This document shows, one piece after another, positions 1 to 10,480 of a DNA stretch of 64,000 bases (position 1 is its first letter; each line of letters begins with the position of its first letter). Source of the DNA: Lama guanicoe. Lineage: Eukaryota. The position numbers were made by a program, and so were the translations under genes. The notes under the pieces are model-generated. The model did not search any database, had not been told where the DNA came from, and saw only the letters and a program-made list of their open reading frames with translations. Location: the NCBI GenBank assembly GCA_013239625.1, contig MU056050.1, positions 2,962,084-3,026,083 of the forward strand, in the 5' to 3' direction.

Positions 1-284
1 TCTCTTTTCTAATTTTTCTTCAACAGTTGTGATTATGTGTGTAATAGTAAAAAAAAAAATTAGGTTCTTAAAACCCACTAAAATGAATACTTCACAAAAC
101 TTACTGAAATAAAAACACACACCATCTTGGAGAAGGAACAGAGAAGAATGATTAAATAATTAAGGAGAAAAGGTGGATGATATACAATGACAGACTTAAA
201 AGTTAACTGTCCTTCAGGTTAGTGGCCTAAGATGGAGATATAATCCAAGTCTATAAAATCATGAGGCTGACTTGGGGAACACAG

Positions 285-480
285 ATTTATTTACAAATCC
301 CAGGCAACAGAATAGAGGGTTGGCCCTTGAAGATTGAGAAGTTAAATTTAGTATGAATAACAGTAAGACCAGTCTCTCACAGAAGGCAAAAAAAAAAAAA
401 AAGAATTTGTTATAGTAGGAGTGATATAAATTGAAAATATAAACAGCTTTAAGAATGATTTAGATAAATGATAAATTAAT
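285..480 (+). mobile_element. Old CR1/L3-like LINE 3' fragment
   Basis: ggcccttgaag...aaatttag...aaatataaacagctttaagaatgatttagataaat resembles L3/CR1 3' ends; highly decayed. Confidence 0.4.
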
Positions 481-947
481 GGAAAGAAGGTTCATTAAAG
501 GTTGGTTGCTACACAAAACCCAGAAATGTCTAAAGTCTGTGAGATAGTCAATATATTTGAAAGCAGTATAAGGTGGCACAGACCTGACCCCAACCAGTGC
601 GGACCACGGTGCTAAAGCCCTCCTCCTTGAGGCTCTGCTGGGCCGGGAGGTAACCCTTTAGTTATTGGGCTGTAGGGAGTCTCCAGGAAGATCCTGGGGA
701 TGGGTGGGGGTCAGGGACCAGGGAGACAGTGGGTTCTGGTCAACAATTATTTACCAACCGGAAAAGAAGTATTTTAATATTTTCGTAACAGTTATGACTA
801 TTCTAATGCATTTTGGCCACAAATTAGTCCTGGGTGTGCCTATCTTCCAGGATAGACTTCAGAGAGGGGTGGACAACAGTGCAGCAACATTCTTGGGATT
901 CTGTGAAGTCAAATGAAATCTTTAGATGACAAAAGGATTTTTTTTAC

Positions 948-1180
948 CTCGAGGGCTGTTCAGCGAAGCTTCTGACGCTCTTCCTCCATCTCCACAGTGA
1001 CTCTGGTCAAAGGGAAGGCACTGATCACCTGTTCCGGCCACCACTTCAAAATTCTTGGACAGATCTTTTGTCTCCACAAGAGATTTCAACTTGTACACTT
1101 TTCGAGTATTGGTGTCTGATAGATAAAGTGATTCAGACACAGGGTCCATAGCCAGATAGTATTTGTGAGCAGGACTTGTG
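948..1180 (-). CDS. TENM1: TENM1 coding exon, 233 nt: [31 protein letters not shown]...[15 protein letters not shown](G); NHL repeats
   Basis: Acceptor tttttctcttccttag|CACA, donor CGAG|gtaaaa; phase 2 in, phase 1 out. Confidence 0.96.
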
Positions 1181-1489
1181 CTAAGGAAGAGAAAAATAAA
1201 GTTATTCAAAGCAATTTGTTCAGTATACCCCCAGGGTCCGCCTTTTGTCACAAATAGAAAATTCTCTTAAGAGATGAAAGAATGTATTTTCCTTCTTATG
1301 TACTGAGAAGATGGATACCTCTTTGTTTTTCCAGTAATGGGTTTGAGTATAAAAAATTCAATGTGTACTGTTAAATTGTAATGATCCTAATATTCCAACA
1401 CCATCCATTTGGAGGCAGAGGAAGAAGCAGAAGAGAGAAAAATCCCAGGAGATCCTTTTTCTCATACATACCTTTCATACCCAGTTCTC

Positions 1490-3070
1490 CAATGACCTAC
1501 TAGATGACTGCCTGGATGTCTCACAGTCACCTCAAACTCAACAAATCCAAACAGAAGTCATTCTCTTCCTGCCTTCCCCATCCTTCAAAAACCTACTTCT
1601 TGTCTTCTGAGCTTTCTGCCTCACGTGGGGTCACTACCATCCTCACAGGCTCCTGTTGGAAATTGAAAGGCATGCACAAAACTTGAGGAGGGTGGCTTAT
1701 GGAGGGCTGTGCTGGAGATACATTGTGCCAAACCTCTCCTCGCCAAACTTCCTTTTTTTAGCTGACCACCACACTTCTCTAATCCATTTTTTCTTCTTTC
1801 AGTGCTTGATAGAAGTGATTATGTTTGATCTTTTTTCGGTATGATCACAATCACCTATACGTCCTAAAGGTGACACTCAAGTTAACCTTGATTGTATTTT
1901 GGTTATTTCCGAAACTCTTCAATTACATATTCACATAGGGTCCTGTGTTATTTTTATCTGCATACATGGCTGAGGTTGTTCATTAGTTTTGATTCTTCCT
2001 AATTTCATTTTTCTGATGGCTGCAGGAACTTTGGTTTTGGGAACATTTCGCTTGAACTGAAGGTTCATGTACTGCTGACATCATCCAAGCTCCAAACCTG
2101 GAAGTCTAACCCTTACTTCCTCCTTTTCTCTCCACGTGCAACTGTGCCTGAAAACTAGCTTTCAGAATCTTTCTCTTCTTGTACCCTTCCTGCCATCACA
2201 TTAGTTCTAACTCTTGTCATCTCTGGCCTAGAATATTGTCCATAGTCCTGCCCATAGGAGGTGTTAAAATCTTAAATCCATCCCCTCTGCCCCCTATACT
2301 GCCTCCAGGGTTATTCTGATACTTTGACTCCCATCTTTAAAAGCTCTACAAACTTTTAAATGTTCCTTGGTGTGGAACACATTCCTTTCTTCACTTAATA
2401 ATTAACTCTTATATGTCTTTTAAGGCTTTACTCAGGCATCATCTTCTGAAGGAAGCTGTCATTAAATCTCTAGGCACTGTTATTTGCACTACACTTACCT
2501 CTATTCTGGGGATTAAATATCATTAATTTTTTAAAATGTACTTGTATCCCCCAATAAACCATGAGACCTTGGAGGAGAGCAACCTTGTCTTCTCTCTCAT
2601 GTGCTCACTGCCCAGCACTCTGCCTCACACCCAGTTGTCTAAGCCAGAAACAAGAAGCCATTCTTTCCTGCTCCTTCTTTCCACCATTCCTCATATCCAG
2701 TAAAACATCACTCAAAAAAAGTTCTACCTTCTAAACTCTTTTCCAATCTGCTGCCTTCTCTTTATCTCCACAGTCATTAGTCTAAGGCCCCACCAACTCT
2801 CACCTGCACTTCTTCCTTGGTACCATTTCTGTACTGTGTATTTGCTCATCAGTTCATTAAAAAGTATTTACTAAGTGCAAACAGTGTGCCTGGGAACTGT
2901 GCTATGGTCTGGAGACCACCTTGTGTGCACAGCACAGCCTCTTTCTTCATGAAACTCAGTCTAGTGAGGGAGTCAGATCAGTAAACAGGCTATGAGTGTC
3001 ACAAATCCGAGTGTTACAACAGAGGTAGAAAGGGAGAGAAATGAGCAGAGAAGAGGGACACGTGACCTAG
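1490..3070. mobile_element. Cluster of L2 LINE fragments (plus strand about 1490-1655 and 2080-2830; minus strand about 2850-3070)
   Basis: L2 hallmarks cctggatgtctcacagtcacctcaaactcaac and tatttactaagtgc...tgtgctatggtctggaga. Confidence 0.65.
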
Positions 3071-3097
3071 AAGCACCTATCACATTGTACTAGCATT

Positions 3098-4000
3098 ATT
3101 TTTTAAAATTATTAGCTGAAGTCCATACTTTATTCAGATTTCCTTAGTTTTTACTTCATGTCCTTTTTCTGTTTCAAGATTTCAATTAGGACACCAAATT
3201 ATATTTAGTCTTCATGTCTCCTTAGGCTCCTCTGGGCCGTGAGATTCACAGACTTCCCTTGTGTTTGATGATCTTAACAGGAGTATTGGTCAGGGATTCT
3301 GTAGGATGTTCTCCACCAGAAAGAGTCTGATTTTTTTCCTCATCGTTGGACAGGAGTTAAGATTTTGGGGATGAAGACCACAAGGGTAAAGTGCCCTTCT
3401 CATCAAATCAAATCAAGGGTACATAGTATCAACATGACTTATCACTGCTGATGTTGACCTCGATCGCTTGGCTAAGGTAGTGTTTGTCAGGTGTCTCCAC
3501 TGTAAAGTAACTCTTTCTCTCCCACTTTCCACATTGTACTTTTGGGAAGGAAGTCACTCTGCGAAGGCAACACTTAAGGGAGTTATACTCCACCTCCTTG
3601 AGGGTCGAGTACTTGCATACATTGTTTGGAATTCTTCATGAGAGCTTTGTCTTTTCTCCTCTATTTATTTATGAATTCAACCATTTATTTATATCAGTAT
3701 GGATTTGTGAATATTTGCTTTATACTTTGCATTAAAATTCAATGCTACTTTATTTTGCTGGTCAAATTGTTCCAGCTTTGGCCACTAGGAGCTCTTTCTG
3801 TTGGCTTGGGGGCCCCTTATATACCCCCATATCAATGTGGGCATTTTGTTTTGTTTTGAGCACTTCCTTGTTTTCTGGAACTACAAATGCTCATTTTGTA
3901 TAATCCCTTCCCCAGGACTAGAATGAATCATTTCTCCAAAGACCCCTGGTTCCTTTTACTGGAGAATGGTATTAGAAACTGAGATCTGAGCACTGGGTGT
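3098..4000 (-). mobile_element. L1MD/L1MC-type 3' UTR fragment nested in an L2 3' end (L2 resumes about 4005-4140)
   Basis: gtccatactttattcagatttccttagttttt...catgtctccttaggctcctct...ggagaatggtattagaaactgagatctg are typical of these L1 3' UTRs. Confidence 0.7.
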
Positions 4001-6360
4001 AAGTACTGTTTTTTTCACATATATCTCTCTCCAACTACACTGTGAACTCTTTACAGATAGGAACCTTATTCCTCTCTGTACCTCAGTGCCAACAGAGTGT
4101 CTGACAAGGTCGACGTTCAGTAAGTGCTGAACTAAAATAAACTGCTAGACATGAAACTAAGATATGGAAGAGTTCAGGCCTTGGGTACTTAGTCAAGCAA
4201 AATGGAGGAGAGAGGGTCATTAGATTAATTAAAATACTCTTAAGGACTGGCATGTTCCTGATTGTATTTGTAATTGCATCTGCCCTCTAAGCATATTTAT
4301 GTGTGTTAATGATAGTAAGGCTGGTAAATACTGATTTGAGACCCAGTTTATGGTTTTAATTGGAAAAAAAATCAAATCCAATTGGAATACTTGATTTTTT
4401 CCTACTTACCTTCATCAAATAAGAGAATCCGGTAGATTCCAGGGACATCTTCAACCCTGGAACCACCGTGACAGCTGCTGTAAATAAACTGTAAAGGGCC
4501 CCAACAGACTCCAGAATTGATTTGGCAGTCATATCAGACAAAGCACCTCTGAAGCAAAGACTGCTTAAATAGGGGTTTGGGTAAAAGTTTTGACATATTT
4601 AGTTGCACTTCTGCCTTCAGAATAAATTTTTTCCAGTGCCCTTAGATCTTTCTAGAAGAAAGAAAGGGTCACAACCCTTCCCTGAAATAACCTTCAACAC
4701 TTTGGTAGCCAGTTTGTGGACATTTCAACTGAGCCAGATTAATCATGTTTTGTTTAGGAGAAGTCCATAGGCTGTTTTTCCAACAGAAATGTTATTTGCA
4801 CAAAAGCACTTTGGAATGCATTACATTCATTTATTATTGAATAACCCCAATGTGTGTGAGGAAAGTTGGAATTATCATTCTCCTCAAATCTCAGCTGGGG
4901 AAACTCAGACACATAGAAGGCTCACCCAGGGTCACTAACAAGTCCGGGCCTGGACTAAGATTAGATTAGATCATATATGACTGTGTATGTAAAATAAATC
5001 TACAAGGTGGCAAAAAAAAAAAAAAATCAGTGCTCCTGTGTTCGTTTAACTGACCAACACATCCTATGTCGCTCAGTGAGGCTGTCCTCAAGCTTTGCAC
5101 ACTGGCCTTTAGAAAATGGAATAGACCAATGCCCCAAATTCAAATCTGATTGTTATTTTCTTGGCAGCCAACAGTCAGGAAGGTCTCCTATACTGAGATG
5201 CAATTTCTTGCCATTTCATGCCATTTCCCAAGTGCACGTCAGCTCTTTTGAGATTGGTTTCTTTCTACTTTGTGAAAACATGACAAACCTGAGAAAGAAA
5301 AACCACTGGACTACATTTCAATTTGTTCTAGTCCCTCATGTCTAAATGCATATTGTGATTTGAGATACATGAAGATTTCTCTTATGACTTCAGCGTTAGA
5401 TATATTGTCACCTTCTGGCTAGTTTTACATTCGAGCAACGCCCTTCAACTTAGCAAAGATCACTCCATTCGTGCTACTTAAAATCACACAGATTGTTAAA
5501 TGGGCAATTAATGCTTATAATTAATACTGTGCAACGCTTCCCCAGTAAGCAATTTGACAACCAATTTAATTTGCTTAAGGAATCAGTTATGCCAAAGTAG
5601 CAAGGCTGATCTTGTGCACTGGCATTTAGGAAGTGGCATCTCCCAAACGAAATGCAAGTTACAGACCCTATCAGTGCCATTCTGATGACAATTGTCATTC
5701 GAAAGTGAACAAATTCAGTTTTCTCCTTTGCAATTTCAGGTAATTTAGAACAGTTCTGACAAGGGTAATGCATAAACAAACTGAACAGAAATACTCATTA
5801 TGATTAATTTCAGAGCTATGTGCCCTCGTTGATAAATGGTCAGTTTAGAATTTTTCTATTATTTCTTTTTGGTGGGGTAAAATAGAAACCCTGAGGTTGC
5901 ATAAAAGGAAAAAGGAAAATCTTATTCAAGAAGATCCTCATGGTCACTGTCTCTTAATACACTCGTCAGCCACATGTCTGGAAGCAGGAAGACGGCTGTG
6001 CTACCTCTCTCTCTACCTGCACCTTGCAAACGTCGAATCTATTTGAACTTACAGACTCATTTGTGATCTCACCTAAGGAAAACAATGAGACTTAAGGCCT
6101 TGCTTGCCCGTGAAGTATTGAACTGCCAGCTTCCACTTATCTTGTTTTCTTTTTGGTAAATTCTGATTCTCCAGCAAATTCCCACTTAGTGGCACACTCT
6201 CCTTTTGGAAGACACTTACCTGAGTTACAACCTCCAAGTTCACCTTCACCTTATTCCTGTAAACTTACTTAAGAGGTAACGTTTCCCTGTTAGCACATTA
6301 TTAGGAGGTGGCCTCTCAGGCAAAAGGGGCATTAGGCAGCCACCCACGTGATTTGCTTAC

Positions 6361-6381
6361 CTATGTCTGGTGTCTCTGTTT
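6361..6381 (-). CDS. TENM1: Alternatively spliced 21-nt microexon AAACAGAGACACCAGACATAG; gives ILEL-RNRDTRH-STSPAHK (beta-propeller splice insert)
   Basis: ccttgtgcaccctag|exon|gtaagcaa; symmetric phase 2/2 matches both neighbours; peptide parallels TENM2 ILELRNKEFKHS at the same position. Confidence 0.93.
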   Translation of the reverse strand, partial: KQRHQT

Positions 6382-6445
6382 CTAGGGTGCACAAGGTATC
6401 CACGAGTGGCAAGTAAAAGCAAACAGAGAGTCATCAGTATCATTC
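6382..6445 (-). promoter_or_regulatory. Microexon 3' splice region: branch-point candidate, displaced pyrimidine tract, AG-proximal UGC
   Basis: Minus strand reads atactgatgactctctgtttgcttttacttgccactcgtggataccttgTGCaccctag; UGC at -10..-8; no intervening AG. Confidence 0.6.
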
Positions 6446-6629
6446 AACAAGCCAAGTCTAACCAGACCCATGCGCTCCTAACTCAGCTTGTGGCTGTTAG
6501 AGGGACTCCACAGGGATCGCTTAGTCAGATGTACAAGGCAGAGCGGATCCAATCCCTCCCGGGTGCTCCTCCTGAGATGGAGTCAAGGTGACTGAATATC
6601 CTGCCTGGTGGGTGGGCAAAGCTCTAAGG

Positions 6630-6823
6630 CAGTTTTTCAAAAAGTTCTCTCTGGAAGGTCTTCATCAGAATCAGTTGGGTTCCTGCCGCATATGCAGCTT
6701 CCTGGGGCTGCCCCCAGTCACACTGAATCCGAATCCCAAAAGGGTGGGAGTGGGGCCCAGGAATTCCATCTTTAACCACCTCAGCGGGTGATTCTGATGC
6801 AGAGCCAGGTTTAAGAACCACTG
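6630..6823. mobile_element. MER5A-like hAT-Charlie MITE
   Basis: cagtttttcaaa...catcagaatc...ggggcccaggaat...gtgattctgatgca...ttaagaaccactg. Confidence 0.75.
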
Positions 6824-8437
6824 GGCTAGGTTTTGAAGAAGCAGCCATGGCACAGGGTCTGACCATTCTAGACTCTGTTTTGAAAGCCATGTATCAGAAT
6901 GCAAATTCACTCTTCTATTATCATCTTGTGTGCCAAAGACATCCTAAAACCCAACCTTAAGCCACATATATAATCACAGACATAAGATAGGGACATCTCT
7001 TGTGCACATTAGCATATTACTTAGCAATGTTAAAAAAAAAAAAACAACAAATTGAAAGTATAAAAGTTTTTTCTTCCACCATGACAAAACGTCCCTGGCA
7101 TCAAAATAGCTTCAATAAAATATCGTGTACATCAAACTTCTAGGGCCTTGTGTTGTCCAGCTACCCATGCTCCAAGAGGGCAACTGGGGTGTGCAAAACA
7201 AAACTGTCAGGTCAGAAGCAGAAAACCCTGATCTGCAAGCCTCTTGGCACAGGGCACTGCTTGCGGTATTTCACTCTGGGACCTGGTGTGGGGCTTCTCA
7301 CACAGAGAGCAAAGTCGGTGTATAGGCCGACTTTGGGTCAAATCTGCCCAGAATTAAAAGGCTATAATCATCTGTGAAATATAGTCATTTAAAATTTGAA
7401 ATCCTTTTAAACCTGGCCCTTATGTCATTTTGAAAAACATGAAGATAATAAATCTTTTTATCTAAATGAGAAAAATGTTCTTATTCTTTGGAACATCAGG
7501 AAAGAAGAAAAGAAACAAAATGATTTCATTTGAAGTTATCTGCAACAACTGAGTCGACTCTTTTTGAAGAGAATCTTGCTGGGATTTTACTAGTTGGGCT
7601 ACAGGTAAGAATCCACTGAATTTTCTGTTTCAGGGGGCCAGCCTCTAAAGGGTGGGTATCCTATGGGTTGACACAAAAGATCAAAAGGTAAGGGTGGGGA
7701 GATGTGATTAGAAACCTGGCCTCAGGCATTTGAACCTCTGAGTTTCTTTGTCTCTAGACACTTGCTTGTTTTCATAGCTTCTAAATTACTGGGTGAGTGT
7801 GCTTGAGGCTGGTTCTAATCACTGTTACCTGATCCTCTTGAAGGAAGATGAGCTGTGAAAGCACTAGGACCTCATTAAAGCAGGGTTTTATCTACAACAG
7901 ATTCTTATGGTACAGAACCATTTGTGTGACTACAAAGGGTTTTGAAATTCTTAGGTGATGGCAAGGGGTGGGGAGGGGGATGGTTTGACTTTCTTGCAGC
8001 TGCTTCTGATCCTGCCAATAATGTCACTGTGAATTTGGAAAGATGTCCCATATTATGCAGAGCAGCTTCTCTCATTAACATCTCAGGGGGAGGAAGTGAA
8101 AATGACGGAATTTATTTCCAGTGTGTGACCTTGTTCTGTCTCAGAATTACTTTTAGTTAAAGATTTAGGACCGAGCCAGCACCACAGTCAGTCTGCTGTC
8201 TAGCTCAAGACCAACTGCATGCTGAGGTGTCGGTGTGCGAGCGCTTCACAAGTGCCTGGGCCCATCAGTGGGCATGACCACCTGGCAACTAACTGACTTG
8301 AAGCTTGCCATGCGTTGGGAGGAAAAAGGAGTGGAAATGCAAATCTTTGTAGAGCAAGAAATGATCTTGATGGTAGGATCTTCAAGCAGATTTTTGATTT
8401 TGTTTAGGACCTACATGATTAAAAGGGCTATCTAGTC

Positions 8438-8768
8438 TTTTTTTTTAATTAAAAACTTTTTGTTAAGATGTAATTCACATACCATAAAGCTCACCCTTCG
8501 AAAAAGTGCAATTCGCCACTTTCTAGTACATTTATAGAGTTGTGCGACCATCCCTATCATCCAATTCCAGAATATTCTCATCATCTCATGAAGAAACCCT
8601 GTACCCACCAGCAGTCAGTCCCCATTCCCACCACTCCCCCAGCCCCCCAGGCAACCACTAATCTGCTTTCTGTCTCTATGGATTTGTGGATTCTGGACAT
8701 TTCATATACATGGAATCATATAAGATATATCCTTTTGCGCCTGGCTTCTTTCACTTAACACCATGTTT
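8438..8768 (-). mobile_element. L1MB-like LINE-1 3' end
   Basis: Poly-T then taattcacataccataaa...caaccactaatctgctttctgtctctatggatttg...ctggcttctttcactta. Confidence 0.8.
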
Positions 8769-10109
8769 GACCTATTCTTTGCATATTTTGGTGAGGTGGG
8801 GAATGGAGAAAGAATGGATATGCCCATTTCGGAATTGCTGCCTCGTGAGCAGGCGCACTGGAGTTTGCTTGGCCTGCTCTGTGGTGGTGGCTGCACTTCG
8901 CTTGTCCTTCATGCTGTTCTCAGCTTCTTTCCTCATACTTAGTCAGAAATATTTGATGTCAAAGAACGGACTTCCCTCCCTGCTCATCTTTCCATGGTAC
9001 TTTCCCCTTTGAAGACCAAGTTCCCACTCTTGCCACTCACTGACTTCTTAGTGTTTCCACCTTCCACAGACCCTCGTCTAAGATTATCCTTCTCATTTTC
9101 TGGCTCTGTCCTTGGCCTTGTCACAACTTACCTGTCTTGTGTTTTAGGGCCCTGCTTTCAGCTATAGCACTTGGTTTGAAAATCAATCTGACAAACAAAT
9201 CCATGCCCAGGGACTAAAGGTGATTTTATCTTGCTGGGCCATTATTCTAACACAGGTTCTTTGGCTGGGGACTCTTGGAGAGGCAATGTCTCGCTCAAAC
9301 GAACACATTTCTTAGAGTGGAAACTGGGCTGCTGTGGAAGGCCAGCAAAGATGTTTTAGGGTGAGGTGCAGGGAGCCTTTGAGTGTCACTGCTGATACAT
9401 GAGATTAAATTGGAAGGTAAACACCTATTTCATCTGCAGGTAGTTTGTTTCTCTGCTTGGAGCTCCAGTGCTGCTGACAAGAGGATGGTCCTTGGTCATT
9501 TCTCAGGTATTTTTGGAGCTCTCAAAGTCCGGGTTCCATTTGTCCCTTCAGCGGAGCACTCTACAAACTCCACTGCCCCTCAGCATACTAACTGCCCCTA
9601 AATGGGAGCTAGTCCAGCTCTACTCGACACCTAGTCAAGCACATGAGTTGAGTCCTGAGCACCATGTAAGAAATATTAAGCAGTCAATGTAAAAGAAACA
9701 GTAAGATCGCAAGAGAAATTTTTATGTCACACTGACATTTGTCAAAGCCAAATGACTCAAGTTACCAAGAAGCATTTGCCAGCCTCTAATTTTTTTTCTT
9801 TCTTTTATTTTTATGGGAAGGACAAAATAAGTATCTAGAGAATAACAGCATCTTGAACAATAACAGCATGAGGTTTTTATAAAGAATAAATCATTTCCAG
9901 TCACGCTTAATAGGTTTTCTAATAAATTTGTGAAATTAGAAGATGAGAGGGGAGCGGGGGATATTCCTATTTGAATTCTTGCAAGCACTTGATACGGTGC
10001 CTCCTGTTTTTACTTACATAAATATCCCTGTAAGTTTTAGAAAACTGGAAAGTGACCCTGAGGCCATAATCAAAGGAAAAAGAAACAGAGTCATAATTGA
10101 GAAGAAATA

Positions 10110-10480
10110 GTTGAAGGACTGGGGGATGCTTCGAAAGAAGAAGAGAAAGCGCAGGAACCTATGCCATCTGCCATCATGCTTGTGAATGTTTGTCAGGGAA
10201 ACGAGGGAAGTGGTTTCTGTGCTGCTTCAGGTGTTAAAACTTGCCGCTACTGAGTAGATGTTTCATGAAGGCAGATTTTGGTTCAGCAGAAGGAAGAATT
10301 TTCTAACAGAGCTTTCCAAAGATGCAATGTGCTGTCAAGAGAGATTTGTAAATTTTCTATTATTGAAAGGGATCAAACCAAGTAGAGCCGACCAACTGTC
10401 AGGGATGTAGTGGGCACTGTATTGCACCAGATACCTCCATGGACTTCTCTATCGCTAAGCTCACAAATCTGTAATATTAC
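10110..10480 (+). mobile_element. L3/CR1 LINE 3' fragment
   Basis: aggcagattttggttcagcagaaggaagaattttctaacag...ccaaagatg is an L3-type motif. Confidence 0.6.

Noticed and set aside
6220..6381. Extension of the microexon to the strong donor at 6219 (162 nt, a multiple of 3)
   Set aside because: Reading past the first donor gives CAT AGG TAA, an immediate stop, so it cannot encode a longer insert.
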